NCBI GenBank assembly: GCA_963835575.1 | Contig: CAWIGG010000004.1 | Coordinates: 960,001-1,024,000 of the forward strand | Reading direction: 5' to 3' | DNA: 64,000 nucleotides | Source: an uncultured Spirochaetota bacterium | Lineage (GTDB): Bacteria > Spirochaetota > Brevinematia > Brevinematales > JAOACQ01 | Shown: positions 29,264-38,700 of the stretch, piece after piece | Layout of the letters: each line of letters opens with the position of its first letter | How positions within the stretch are numbered: position 1 is the first letter of the stretch | Translations under genes and position numbers: made by a program | Notes under the pieces: generated by a model | Databases searched by the model: none | The model's input: only the letters and a program-made list of their open reading frames with translations | What the model was told of the DNA's origin: nothing

Positions 29264-29430
29264 TTCCCATACGCAAATCAGGGACGCTGAAAGAAGCGTC
29301 CCTGTATTTATATTAAAAACTATAAACTTCGAATTCTTCCCGCATTCCTGTTTATGAGCTATTAAACTAAATAATTAATCCGCGCAAATCCGCCCCATCC
29401 GCGTTATCCGCGTGAAAAATCGGATATTAC
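29264..29430 (-). repeat. Repeat arm of locus L2 (REP hairpin plus B and F modules)
   Basis: CAGGGACGCT-GAAAGA-AGCGTCCCTG; TTCTTCCCGCATTCCTGTTT; ATCCGCGTTATCCGCGTGAAAAATCGGATATT (reverse complement of 10741-10775). Confidence 0.78.
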
Positions 29431-29499
29431 AATAAAGTATCAATTATATAAATCCTTATATCAAAACAAAAGAGCCGTTAATCCTCTTCTAGCCAGCCC

Positions 29500-30144
29500 C
29501 TATTTGCCCGCTTGTTCCGCCAGATTGATCTTTTTATAAACATATTTGATGTATTCCAGATTAATGTCCTTCGCCACTGTTATTTTGATAGTCTCTTTCG
29601 ATTTCCCGACCGGGATATCATCAGCGCTGTAATCACGCCAGTTTAAAGGATAGACCAGGTCTTTCCCGTCGCAGATCGTCAGATAATTTCCTTCTATGAT
29701 CCGCCTGAAGGAGAAATGCTCATTGAGACTGTTCTTATTCTCGATCAGCAGATCAATATTATAGGTTTTCGTGTTTTTATTGATAGAAGATATGCTTCCG
29801 GCAACGCTGACATCCATTTTTTCAAGCTGATCGACAAATTGATTGTCCCAGTTCTTCACCAGCTCGTCCTTTGTCAGGATCAGGCCTTTAGAAACGATTT
29901 TTGCCGAGACTTTCAATATGCTGTCGGAAATCGGTTCCCAGTTGGCAATAATTAAAATCACATTGAGCCCGATTAATATTATAATCCCGAAAACGAGGGA
30001 TGAAAGAGTGATGATGACTTTATTCACGTTGATTTTGTTCTTCTGTACCAGGTCAATGATCAATTTAATGACAATAGCCGCGATAATAACAAAGATGACT
30101 ACTATAAGAAGGGAAATGATGATAATTCCGATTATACTGAGCAT
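29500..30144 (-). CDS. Hypothetical membrane protein
   Basis: Two N-terminal TMs; GAGGAGG RBS before ATG 30144. Confidence 0.7.
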   Translation of the reverse strand: MLSIIGIIIISLLIVVIFVIIAAIVIKLIIDLVQKNKINVNKVIITLSSLVFGIIILIGLNVILIIANWEPISDSILKVSAKIVSKGLILTKDELVKNWDNQFVDQLEKMDVSVAGSISSINKNTKTYNIDLLIENKNSLNEHFSFRRIIEGNYLTICDGKDLVYPLNWRDYSADDIPVGKSKETIKITVAKDINLEYIKYVYKKINLAEQAGK

Positions 30145-30206
30145 AAATCCTCCTCTAAACAATGCTTTATAGATTTTATCATTAATTGAAGGAATAAATC
30201 AAATAA

Positions 30207-30409
30207 GGGCAGTTCTAAAAACTCAAATATTTAGAACTGCCGCTATTGTATGAGTTCATGCTACCGCTCGAGTTCGCTGTCTGAAAAGAAAGCCGACCAG
30301 CGAACTCTATACGGCAGCGCCATTTGCATTCACAAGGAATTTTTAACCGGGGCAGTTCCAAAACCTGTTGTGGAAATATCTGATAAATTTTTAGTTTTTG
30401 GAACTGCCC
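30207..30409. repeat. Pair of GGCAGTTC..GAACTGCC palindromes (30207-30241 and 30350-30409)
   Basis: Same IR family as 24834 and 26901. Confidence 0.75.
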
Positions 30410-30455
30410 ATAACAGATATTTTGAGAATTGATCTGCGGCAGGAAATATCCCGGA

Positions 30456-31805
30456 CTATTTTCTCATGGCGTTAACCGCATAAGCCCGGTCGAAATATTG
30501 ATCAAGCTCTTCTTTTTTTAAGGAAGTATTTTCTATAATAATCTTCTTATATTCTTCCATTGTGCCGGGATTTCGGGAATTGAGGATTTCATAAATTTCT
30601 TTGATCTTGTGATATCCCAGTACGGGTACCAGCGTGTTAAGAAGGACATGCGAGCGGAGCATGTTTTCCTCGATCCTCTCATGGTCCAGCTCCATCAGCG
30701 GGAAGAATTTTTCAAGAAGCGCGGAGATGGCCTTATTGAGACAGGAATGGATCTCGATAAATGATTCCAGGATAAAAGGCAGGTAAGCGTTCAATTGAAG
30801 CTGGCCGTTCTGAGCGTAGGAAGCGATCTTGCCGGCCTCATGCTGTACGGAAATAGATAAGCCGCGGGCCAGTTCCAGTATGACGGGATTGGTCTTGGCG
30901 GCCATGATCGTGGAGCCGTATTGAAGGACGGGATGCCTGATCTCGCCGATAAACGATGAAGTATAGAGCAGGAGGTCGCCCGTCATTTTGAAGATGTTCA
31001 AAGCGCAGAGGCTGTAGCCGTTCGCGAGCTCCGCCCATTTGTCCTGGTTGGCGATTTCATCCGTCAGGTTCTGGCTTCTTGCCAGCGGAAGGCCTGTGAT
31101 CTGGCGGAGGTATTTTTCGGTAAAATAAATATATTCCTGCGGTGCGGAAAAGCATGTGCCGAGCGCCGTGCCGCCCAGCGCGGTTGTCCTGATGCGCTCC
31201 TTGAGCTTGTGGAGCCGCCACCTGTCGCGCTCGACGCCCCCCGCCCATGAGGCAAATACCTGCCCGAGCGTTATGGGAAGCGCGTCCTGCATTTCGGTCC
31301 TTCCGGTCATCATGATACTGCCGGTCTCATTTTCTTTTTTGATCAAAGATTCCTGAAGTTTGATGACGGATTCTTCAGTTTCCAGAAGGTCCCGGTACAG
31401 CATGACCGTCACCGCGGTCGGGAATGTATCGTTTGTCGATTGATAGCGGTTGATATCGTCTATCGGGTCAATGTGAATCTTCTTTTTATCTTTTTTGTAT
31501 GACAATTCTGAAGCCCTGCCGGCAATGACTTCGTTGATGTTCATATTGATACTGGTCCCGGCGCCTCCCTGTTTGAGAGAGAGGGGAAAATGAGAATCAA
31601 GCTTTCCTTCGACGACTTCATCCGCCGCTTCCAGGACGCATCCGTAAACGGACGGCCCGAATACTTTGCCGTTTTCCTGCATGGCCATGATACAGCTCTT
31701 CTTGACCTCGCCGTACGCGCGGATCAGTTCCCGGGGGAGATTTCCCCGGCCGAAGTTTTGTATTGCTTTTTCCGTTTCACTGCCGTAATACTTTTTTTCA
31801 GGCAT
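30456..31805 (-). CDS. Aspartate ammonia-lyase / fumarase-family lyase (hyd-associated)
   Basis: QGGAGTSINMNINEVIA, QSTNDTFPT, GRTEMQDA, GSTIMAAKTNP. Confidence 0.85.
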   Translation of the reverse strand: MPEKKYYGSETEKAIQNFGRGNLPRELIRAYGEVKKSCIMAMQENGKVFGPSVYGCVLEAADEVVEGKLDSHFPLSLKQGGAGTSINMNINEVIAGRASELSYKKDKKKIHIDPIDDINRYQSTNDTFPTAVTVMLYRDLLETEESVIKLQESLIKKENETGSIMMTGRTEMQDALPITLGQVFASWAGGVERDRWRLHKLKERIRTTALGGTALGTCFSAPQEYIYFTEKYLRQITGLPLARSQNLTDEIANQDKWAELANGYSLCALNIFKMTGDLLLYTSSFIGEIRHPVLQYGSTIMAAKTNPVILELARGLSISVQHEAGKIASYAQNGQLQLNAYLPFILESFIEIHSCLNKAISALLEKFFPLMELDHERIEENMLRSHVLLNTLVPVLGYHKIKEIYEILNSRNPGTMEEYKKIIIENTSLKKEELDQYFDRAYAVNAMRK

Positions 31806-32817
31806 TGACAGCCTCCTTTAAGCGTCTTAATGAATCCCCTCTTCCTTTTATAATAGTCTTTCCTGCGGAGCGGGCGCGAACTTCAAGACAGCCGATGCAC
31901 TGCAGGCCGTCCTCTTCGATGCAGATCTTGCCCGGATAGAGAGTGTAATAACGGCGGTAGGGCAGAGGCGTGATATTGGGCATGATGATATTGGCGCCGG
32001 CCCGGAGCATTTTTTCCCGGCCTTCCGGGTCAAGACTGCCCGCCGCCGTCGTGGCTGGAATATGCGCGCGCGGCAGAAGCAGGCGGACGAGCGATACGGC
32101 GCGGAGCGTATGTTCAAACGATAGCTGGGGCGAACCCCCAAGCGGCGTATCGGGATGGGGGATAAAAGGGCCGATCCCGACCATATCCAGTTCGAGCTTC
32201 CGGCAGAGCAGGGCATTCTGTACGCGGATCTCTTCGGTTTCACCCGGCAGGCCGGTCATATAGCCGGAGCCCGTTTCATAATCCAATTCCTTCAAGTCGG
32301 CAAGGGCCTGAAGCCTCTCTTCAAGGGTCCGGCCGTTCCGGAGATGCCTGTGCAGGTCCGGGCCGGCTGTTTCAAAGCGCAGAAGATAGCGGTCGGCGCC
32401 GGCTTTTTTAAAAGCCCGGTATTCTTCCTTTTTCCGGATGCCGCATGAAAGCGTCAGGGCGGCTTCCCCGTTTGTCTTTGTTTTTATTTTTTCGATCAGG
32501 GCGGTTAATATTTTACCAGTGTAAAAATCGTCCTCGCCGCTCTGGAGGACAAATGTCCTCAGGCCCGCCTTAAAACCTTCCCTGATAATTTCCAGTATTT
32601 GCTTTTCATCCAGCCTGTATCGGCTGATTTTTAAATTGCCCGCCCTGATCCCGCAGTACAGGCAGTCTCTCCGGCAATAGTTTGAGAACTCGACGAGGCC
32701 GCGGAGCCACACGGTATTGCCATGATTTTCACGGCAGACCCGGTCGGCCTGTTTTGACAGTTCTTCGGGAGAAGCGGTTTTGTAGAAGTCGATGATGGTT
32801 TTTATATCTTTTTCCAT
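31798..32817 (-). CDS. hydE: [FeFe]-hydrogenase maturase HydE
   Basis: RGLVEFSNYCRRDCLYCGIR, GPFIPHPDTP, GANIIMPN, YTLYPGK. Confidence 0.93.
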   Translation of the reverse strand: MEKDIKTIIDFYKTASPEELSKQADRVCRENHGNTVWLRGLVEFSNYCRRDCLYCGIRAGNLKISRYRLDEKQILEIIREGFKAGLRTFVLQSGEDDFYTGKILTALIEKIKTKTNGEAALTLSCGIRKKEEYRAFKKAGADRYLLRFETAGPDLHRHLRNGRTLEERLQALADLKELDYETGSGYMTGLPGETEEIRVQNALLCRKLELDMVGIGPFIPHPDTPLGGSPQLSFEHTLRAVSLVRLLLPRAHIPATTAAGSLDPEGREKMLRAGANIIMPNITPLPYRRYYTLYPGKICIEEDGLQCIGCLEVRARSAGKTIIKGRGDSLRRLKEAVNA

Positions 32818-32821
32818 TTTA

Positions 32822-33082
32822 TTTCACCGCCAAGACACCAAGAACACAAAAAGGCACAAACGGGGATTAATAATTCTTTATTGTATCAATTAAAGCCATC
32901 TATTAGCATTTCTTTTTTTTGGAATCAAATTGAGTAATCCGCTAAGTCACGCGAATGAACGCTAATATAATGTAACTATTAGAAACCTTCATTTTCATTC
33001 TTGATTCTTTGCGTGTATTCGCGTGCATTCGCGGATTACCCTAGTTGGCGGTCCTTGGTGTTCTTTGTGTCTTGGTAGTTAA
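32822..33082. repeat. Empty composite inverted-repeat locus L3
   Basis: A (32822-32860) and C (32935-32966) followed by mirror C' (33008-33039) and A' (33044-33082); no ORF between. Confidence 0.8.
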
Positions 33083-33099
33083 TCTGAACATTTCTCATT

Positions 33100-33879
33100 T
33101 TATTTTCCCTTTCTATATATGACCGTTGCCGAGGCCTGATGGGTCGGCATCAGCGTGATCTCGGAAATCTGGACGTGCTCCGGTGCGGATACGGCATAGA
33201 GAACAGCGTCCGCTATATCCTCCGCGTCGAGCGGTTTGACGCCTTCGTAAAATTTATGGGCGCGCTCTATGTTGCCATGAAAGCGGACGATGCTGAATTC
33301 CGTTTCGGCCAGGCCGGGCTGGATATTCGTCACGCGGATGGGCCGGTCGACAAGCTCCATCAGGAGGGCGTCGGATATAAAACGCACGGCGGCTTTCGAT
33401 GCGCAGTAAACGGCGCCGTGCGCGTAAGCCTGCTTCCCGGCGATGGAGCCGATATTTACGATATGGGCCTTTGCCCCGGCCGGAAGGGATTTTAAAAAAA
33501 GCTGTGTTATGTAGAGAAGTCCTTTTATGTTTGTGTCGATCATCGCGTCCCAGTCGTCCGGGTCGCCGTCCTGTACTTTTTCAAGTCCGAGCGCGAGGCC
33601 GGCGTTATTAATAAGAATGTCAATCTGTTTCCATTCACCGGGAAGATTTTTAAACCAGTCTTCGCAGGCGGAACGGTCCCGGACATCCAGCTTTCCAGAG
33701 TACAATTTCACACCGTACTTTTTTTGAAGACCTTTTGAGACTTCCTCAAGCCTGTCCATCCGCCTCGCGCAGAGGACCAGCCGCGCTCCTGCCCCTGCGA
33801 ATTTTTCCGCGCAGGCTTTGCCGAAGCCGCTCGAAGCGCCGGTGATAAAAACGGTCTTGTTTTTTAAGATTGTCCGCAT
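33100..33879 (-). CDS. SDR oxidoreductase (YdfG-like)
   Basis: TGASSGFG, NNAGLALG, YCASK, QPGLAETEFS. Confidence 0.9.
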   Translation of the reverse strand: MRTILKNKTVFITGASSGFGKACAEKFAGAGARLVLCARRMDRLEEVSKGLQKKYGVKLYSGKLDVRDRSACEDWFKNLPGEWKQIDILINNAGLALGLEKVQDGDPDDWDAMIDTNIKGLLYITQLFLKSLPAGAKAHIVNIGSIAGKQAYAHGAVYCASKAAVRFISDALLMELVDRPIRVTNIQPGLAETEFSIVRFHGNIERAHKFYEGVKPLDAEDIADAVLYAVSAPEHVQISEITLMPTHQASATVIYRKGK

Positions 33880-33887
33880 ATGATCCC

Positions 33888-35294
33888 TCAAAAATAAATG
33901 TCCCGTTCGCCATTACCGATTTTTTCAAGGACCTCCGCCATTCTCTTTTTTAAGGCGGGTTTATCCGCGCCGTTTATAAGTGAATCGATCAGCTTGAGCC
34001 CTTTTTCCCTGACATCAGGGGAAGCGTAATCGCTGAGATATTCCTTGAATGTAAATACAGCGTTCGGAAAACAGAATTCCTTGATCAGCCCGGGTTTCGC
34101 CAGGTCCATAAAGTCATGACCTACCCTTCCCTTCCGGTAGCAGCCCGTGCAGAAGGAAGGAATATATTTATCGTCGATCAAAGCGGAAATGACTTCCTCC
34201 AGCGACCGGTGGTCGCCCAGCGAGAACTGCCCGCCCTTATCGTTATTAATATGGGCCGCGTAAGCGCCGGGATTTGTCCGGGAACCTGCCGAGATCTGGC
34301 TGATGCCGTAATGGAAGAGCTCCGTGCGGAGCTTTTCGCTTTCGCGCGTCGAGAGAATGATCCCGGTGTAAGGCAGCGCGATGCGGATGACGGCGACGAT
34401 CTTTTTAAAGTCCTCGTCGCTCACAGGATAGGGAATATGGCGCGAGAGCGGCGCGCCGTCCGCCGGTTCGATCCTGGGGACGCTCACGGTATGGGGGCCG
34501 CAGCCGAACGCTTTTTCCAGATGAGCGGCATGCTCCATCAGCGCCAGCACCTCAAAGCGGTAATCCGCCAGGCCGAAAAGTGCGCCGATGCCGACATCGT
34601 CGATGCCGCCCGCCATTGCGCGGTCCATGACGGTCAGGCGCCATTCATAATCCGCCTTTCTGCCGGAGGGATGGTATTTTTTATAAAGCTCTTCGTCGTA
34701 TGTTTCCTGGAAGCAGACGTATGTGCCGATTTTTTCCGCCTTGAGCTTTTTAAAACCTTCTATATCCTGAGGGGCGATCTCGACATTGACCCTCCGGATG
34801 TAAGCCTCCCCGGCCCGCGCGGCGTACGCCGTCCGGATCGCCGAAAGAAAATAATCCGGCGGCAGTTCCTCAGTCTCGCCGCAGAGCATAAGAAGCCTTT
34901 TATGCCCCTGCTCGAGGAGCGTGATCACTTCTTTTTCAACCTGCGGCAGTGTGAGATTTGTCCTGTGTATTGATTTGTTGTCTTTGCGGAACGCGCAGTA
35001 AAGGCAGTTGTTCGAACAGATATTGCCGATGTAAAGAGGCGCGAACAGAACCAGGCGGTTGCCGTAAATCTCCTGTTTGACCTTGTTGGCGGTGATGAAT
35101 ATTTTTTTCAGCTGGTCTTTATCTTTTATCTGGAGAAGGGCGGAAACGTCTTTTTGGTTCAAGCCCTTGAGTATGAGCGCTTTTTCCAGGATGGCGTTTA
35201 CTTCGCTTTCAGTAGGTTCAAGTCTATCTATCAGTCCGTAGAGCCTATCCCTGTCAATGAAATTCTTCGGGCCCGAAGCCTTCGTTTGGGTCAT
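33888..35294 (-). CDS. hydG: [FeFe]-hydrogenase maturase HydG
   Basis: FAPLYIGNICSNNCLYCAF, GPHTVSVPRIEPA, PSFCTGCYR. Confidence 0.95.
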   Translation of the reverse strand: MTQTKASGPKNFIDRDRLYGLIDRLEPTESEVNAILEKALILKGLNQKDVSALLQIKDKDQLKKIFITANKVKQEIYGNRLVLFAPLYIGNICSNNCLYCAFRKDNKSIHRTNLTLPQVEKEVITLLEQGHKRLLMLCGETEELPPDYFLSAIRTAYAARAGEAYIRRVNVEIAPQDIEGFKKLKAEKIGTYVCFQETYDEELYKKYHPSGRKADYEWRLTVMDRAMAGGIDDVGIGALFGLADYRFEVLALMEHAAHLEKAFGCGPHTVSVPRIEPADGAPLSRHIPYPVSDEDFKKIVAVIRIALPYTGIILSTRESEKLRTELFHYGISQISAGSRTNPGAYAAHINNDKGGQFSLGDHRSLEEVISALIDDKYIPSFCTGCYRKGRVGHDFMDLAKPGLIKEFCFPNAVFTFKEYLSDYASPDVREKGLKLIDSLINGADKPALKKRMAEVLEKIGNGERDIYF

Positions 35295-35550
35295 TATCTT
35301 CCTCCCTGTATCTGGTCAAAACCGATTTGACCTGGATGCCCTCCAGCTTTCCGATCTTTCCTGTCAGGGCGCCGATCTGGTCCGTATCGCCTTCCACAAT
35401 GAGGGAGATGATGTGAATGCCTTTATCGCGGAGAGGCAGGCCCATCCTGCCGATAATGATCTCTCCATGCTCGGACAAAAGCGAGTTGAGTTTCGGGACG
35501 TTTTTTGTTTCTTTGAGAAGAATTGCGACAACGCCGATTCTCTTTTCCAT
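35254..35550 (-). CDS. TM1266-family iron-only hydrogenase system regulator (ACT-like)
   Basis: MEKRIGVVAILL..LNSLLSE..IIIGRMGLP..IGALTGKIGKLEGIQVKS; GGAGGAG RBS. Confidence 0.9.
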   Translation of the reverse strand: MEKRIGVVAILLKETKNVPKLNSLLSEHGEIIIGRMGLPLRDKGIHIISLIVEGDTDQIGALTGKIGKLEGIQVKSVLTRYREEDNDPNEGFGPEEFH

Positions 35551-35628
35551 CAGATGTCTCCTCCGGATCAGTCTGGGATTCAAACGGCTCCTTGATACAA
35601 TGAGTGATCGTATCTTAGAGGCTGATAG

Positions 35629-35657
35629 ATTTTACGCCTGTTTTTTACAAATGTCAA
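35629..35657 (-). promoter_or_regulatory. Putative sigma70 promoter of the hyd maturation operon
   Basis: Minus strand TTGACA-17 bp-TAAAAT. Confidence 0.6.
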
Positions 35658-35669
35658 AATAATAGGTAT

Positions 35670-36162
35670 AACCACGAAGGGCACGAAGAACACGAAGAAG
35701 CACTAACGGGGGATTAACAGGCGGGAAGGGGGAACGGACGGGGTAATCCGCGAAGCCACGCGAATGGACGCTAAGGGGATTAACAGGAAGTCACGAAGAC
35801 GGGAAGGGAAACGGGGGGTCAGCCACGGAATTTCACGGAAGGGCACGGAAAGGACTGAAATCGGGGGGCTATGCCCGGCGGAGGAAAGATTTTGATTGAG
35901 AAGACCTTTTTGTTTTATTAAAAATTATTGTACGACTCAATTTCACACAGATTACACGGATTAAGGCGGATTTATAGGATTTAGTTTTACTTGACGATGC
36001 TTGTAAAGTTTTAATCGGTGTCTGGTATGAGATAGGACGCTTGTGAACGGGGATTTTATAAGGGGGCTACGCCTGAAATATGAAAGATTAAATTTTATTA
36101 TTCTTTAATGTAATATCCGATTGTTCACACAGATGATGCGGAATGGATGGATTTATGCGGAA
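35670..36162 (+). repeat. Left composite repeat arm of locus L4
   Basis: Module order A-B-C-B-D-E-F-E-F (CACGAAG.., TTAACAGG..GGAAG, CCGCGAA..CACGCGAAT, GCCACGGAA.., GGGCTAYGCC, TTCACACAGAT..). Confidence 0.85.
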
Positions 36163-36163
36163 A

Positions 36164-37069
36164 TTAATGTTCGCGAAATGCAGGTAATATTTTTGGACCA
36201 CTTTCAAACCAGTGAATACTATAAAGATCAATATTCTTTTCTTTACACAATGGCCATAATTTACTCTTTTCTTTATTTGTTACTTTATCACCAATAACAA
36301 TGGCTTGAATTGTCGATGTAATATCAAAATAAATATCAATATTTTGTTCATTATAAATCATAATTCTAAATTCATTTTCATCCTGATAATCTTTGAATTT
36401 ATAAAACAGGGATTCAAATAATATTTTCTTGTTTGATTGGTAATAGCGTTCAGCATCTTGTTTAGGATTGATTCCATTATAGTGGGGAATATGTCTCAAT
36501 GACTCAAAAGCACCAGGTAATAGATTTTTATAAATAACTTTTTCTGCATACAAGTTTTCATCAGAATAAAAATTTTTAACCGTTTCTATTAATTTTTGTT
36601 TAATAAAAACTAAACATACACCTTCATGCCCATTTGCATATTGTCCCCACATTCTTGATCTTCCATATCCTTTTAAGAATGGGTCATCATGAATTGAACC
36701 ACTTTTATCTATACAAAAACAGCAAACTCGATGATTTTTCTTTTCCGAATTGATTATTTTCTCATATTCTTTGCGAAATTGGGACTCACTATCGGATCTT
36801 CCAAGAATTGAATCGGGTTCCTTGCCAAATATTTGTTCTTGAGTTAAAGAAAAAGTAGGGAAATATTCCTTATATTCCAACGGATCGTTTGTCATATTCA
36901 TTCGATTAAACAAAAGCTTGTTCGTTTTTAGTACTTTGAAAGCTTTTTTTGAATCTGTATAATGGTAAAGTAATTCATCTGTATATTGTGAATAAAGAAG
37001 TTCATCTATTTTTTTATTCATAATTGTGAAAGCTTCTATCATTTTCTTTATTTTATTTCTCCAAAACAT
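36164..37069 (-). CDS. DUF2971-like protein (AT-rich, often defence-associated)
   Basis: LYHYT, TNDPLE, MWGQYANGHEGVCLVF, KFKDYQDENEFRI. Confidence 0.82.
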   Translation of the reverse strand: MFWRNKIKKMIEAFTIMNKKIDELLYSQYTDELLYHYTDSKKAFKVLKTNKLLFNRMNMTNDPLEYKEYFPTFSLTQEQIFGKEPDSILGRSDSESQFRKEYEKIINSEKKNHRVCCFCIDKSGSIHDDPFLKGYGRSRMWGQYANGHEGVCLVFIKQKLIETVKNFYSDENLYAEKVIYKNLLPGAFESLRHIPHYNGINPKQDAERYYQSNKKILFESLFYKFKDYQDENEFRIMIYNEQNIDIYFDITSTIQAIVIGDKVTNKEKSKLWPLCKEKNIDLYSIHWFESGPKILPAFREH

Positions 37070-37131
37070 AGATTGAAAAATTAATCTATTTTATTCATTT
37101 TAAATAGTTCATTAATAATTATCAATTAACT

Positions 37132-37613
37132 TCCACAAAAAATCCATGTTAATCCGTCTGTTTTGTGAAATTAGCGTTAAATTGTGGTCTGAAAAACAAC
37201 TTTTATAAATTATTCAAGAATTCAATATTAAAATTCTTTGTCTGCCGGGCGTAGCCCCCAATCAATCTCAATTACCAACCATCTGCGTAAGATTATGCGC
37301 CGGGTAAAAGAGTAAAGGCGGCTTTGAACAAAACTAAATCCTTTAAAATTCGATTAATCCGCGTAATCCGTGATAAATTGGGGTCTGATAAATTGTTTTA
37401 ATATCATTTAAAAGAATTCTTTGTTAAAATCCTTTGTATTTCAGGCGTAGCCCGCCTAATTCTTCTTCCGTGATCTTCCGTGCAATTCTGTGGCTAACCT
37501 CGTCGTTTCTTCCTTTCTTCCCGCCTGTTAATCCTTTTCATTCGCGTCCATTCGCGTGGATTCGCGGATGACCCCCGTTTGTGTTTCTTCGTGTCCTTGG
37601 TACCCTTGGTAAT
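37132..37613 (-). repeat. Right composite repeat arm of locus L4 (mirror of the left arm)
   Basis: Reverse-complement modules in the order F'-E'-F'-E'-D'-B'-C'-A'. Confidence 0.85.
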
Positions 37614-37688
37614 GAAAAAAAAGTATTGACATTCATCGCATTACTTATTATTTATTATAATAGCATTTCACAATCAAGGAGGTTTGAA

Positions 37689-38651
37689 ATGAAAGCTATT
37701 TTAATTCATGAATTCGGCGGGCCGGAAGTCCTCAGGCTTGAGGAAGTTCCTACACCGGTTCCTTCAGCCGGGCAGGTGCTGGTCCGTATCTATGCCGCCG
37801 GCGTCAACCCGGCCGACACATACACGCGTACTGGGAATTATGCGGTCAAGCCCCAGCTTCCCTTTACGCCGGGCACTGACGGCGCCGGTACAATTGAAAG
37901 TGTGGGCAGCGGCATAACAAAAGTAAAGCCCGGCGACAGGGTCTATCTGGCGCGCTCCATTACCGGCGCTTATGCCGAATACGCGCTGGCGCTGGGATCC
38001 CAGGCGCACCGTCTGCCGGACAATGTTTCCTATTCTCAGGGTGCCGGCGTTTATGTCCCTTATGGCACGGCCTACCACGCCCTTCATCACCGGGCGAAAG
38101 CGCTCGCCGGTGAGACGGTCCTTGTCCATGGGGCAAGCGGCGGTGTCGGCATCGCGGCGGTGCAGATGGGCGCGGCTATGGGGCTCAAAGTCTTCGGTAC
38201 GGCAGGAAGCGCGAGAGGGCTTGAGCTGGTAAAAAAAGAAGGAGCTATAGCCGTTTTCGATCATAACAAACCGGGCTATCAGGATAAAATCCTTGAAAAA
38301 ACGGAAGGCAGAGGCGTCGACATCATCCTTGAAATGCTGGCCAATGTCAATCTGGGCGCCGACCTGAAGCTTCTCTCAAAAAACGGGCGCGTTGTGGTTA
38401 TCGGAAGCAGGGGAGATGTGACAATTACTCCCCGGGAGTTGATGGCCCGCCGAGCTTCAATCCATGGCATGATGCTTTGGAATATTACGGAACCTGAGAC
38501 TGAGGAAATCCATGCCGGGATTATCGAAGGGCTTGAAAAAGGGGCGCTCCGGCCCGTTGTCGGTAAGGAACTGCCTCTTGCGGAGGCTGCCCGCGCCCAT
38601 AAAGAAATTATGGAACCGGGCGCTTATGGTAAGATCGTCTTGCTGCCGTAA
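37689..38651 (+). CDS. qor: NADPH:quinone reductase (zeta-crystallin/Qor family)
   Basis: MKAILIHEFGGPEVL, AAGVNPAD, HGASGGVG, GKIVLLP; AGGAGG RBS before ATG 37689. Confidence 0.9.
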   Translation: MKAILIHEFGGPEVLRLEEVPTPVPSAGQVLVRIYAAGVNPADTYTRTGNYAVKPQLPFTPGTDGAGTIESVGSGITKVKPGDRVYLARSITGAYAEYALALGSQAHRLPDNVSYSQGAGVYVPYGTAYHALHHRAKALAGETVLVHGASGGVGIAAVQMGAAMGLKVFGTAGSARGLELVKKEGAIAVFDHNKPGYQDKILEKTEGRGVDIILEMLANVNLGADLKLLSKNGRVVVIGSRGDVTITPRELMARRASIHGMMLWNITEPETEEIHAGIIEGLEKGALRPVVGKELPLAEAARAHKEIMEPGAYGKIVLLP

Positions 38652-38700
38652 ATCAATAATGATTATTACAAAAGTAATATATGAATCGTGTACAAAATGC

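Noticed and set aside
35670..36162. CRISPR or TIGR-like array
   Set aside because: No constant-length repeat with unique spacers; modules are heterogeneous and mirrored, and no cas or Nop-domain gene is in the window.
36140..36166. attC-like inverse core after the DUF2971-like gene
   Set aside because: Reads CCGCATAAAT, not ..AAC, and no complementary GTT core was found at the gene start; it is part of the F module.
37581..37688. N-terminal extension of Qor in the ORF track
   Set aside because: Starts inside a repeat arm; the RBS and family-typical start are at 37689.
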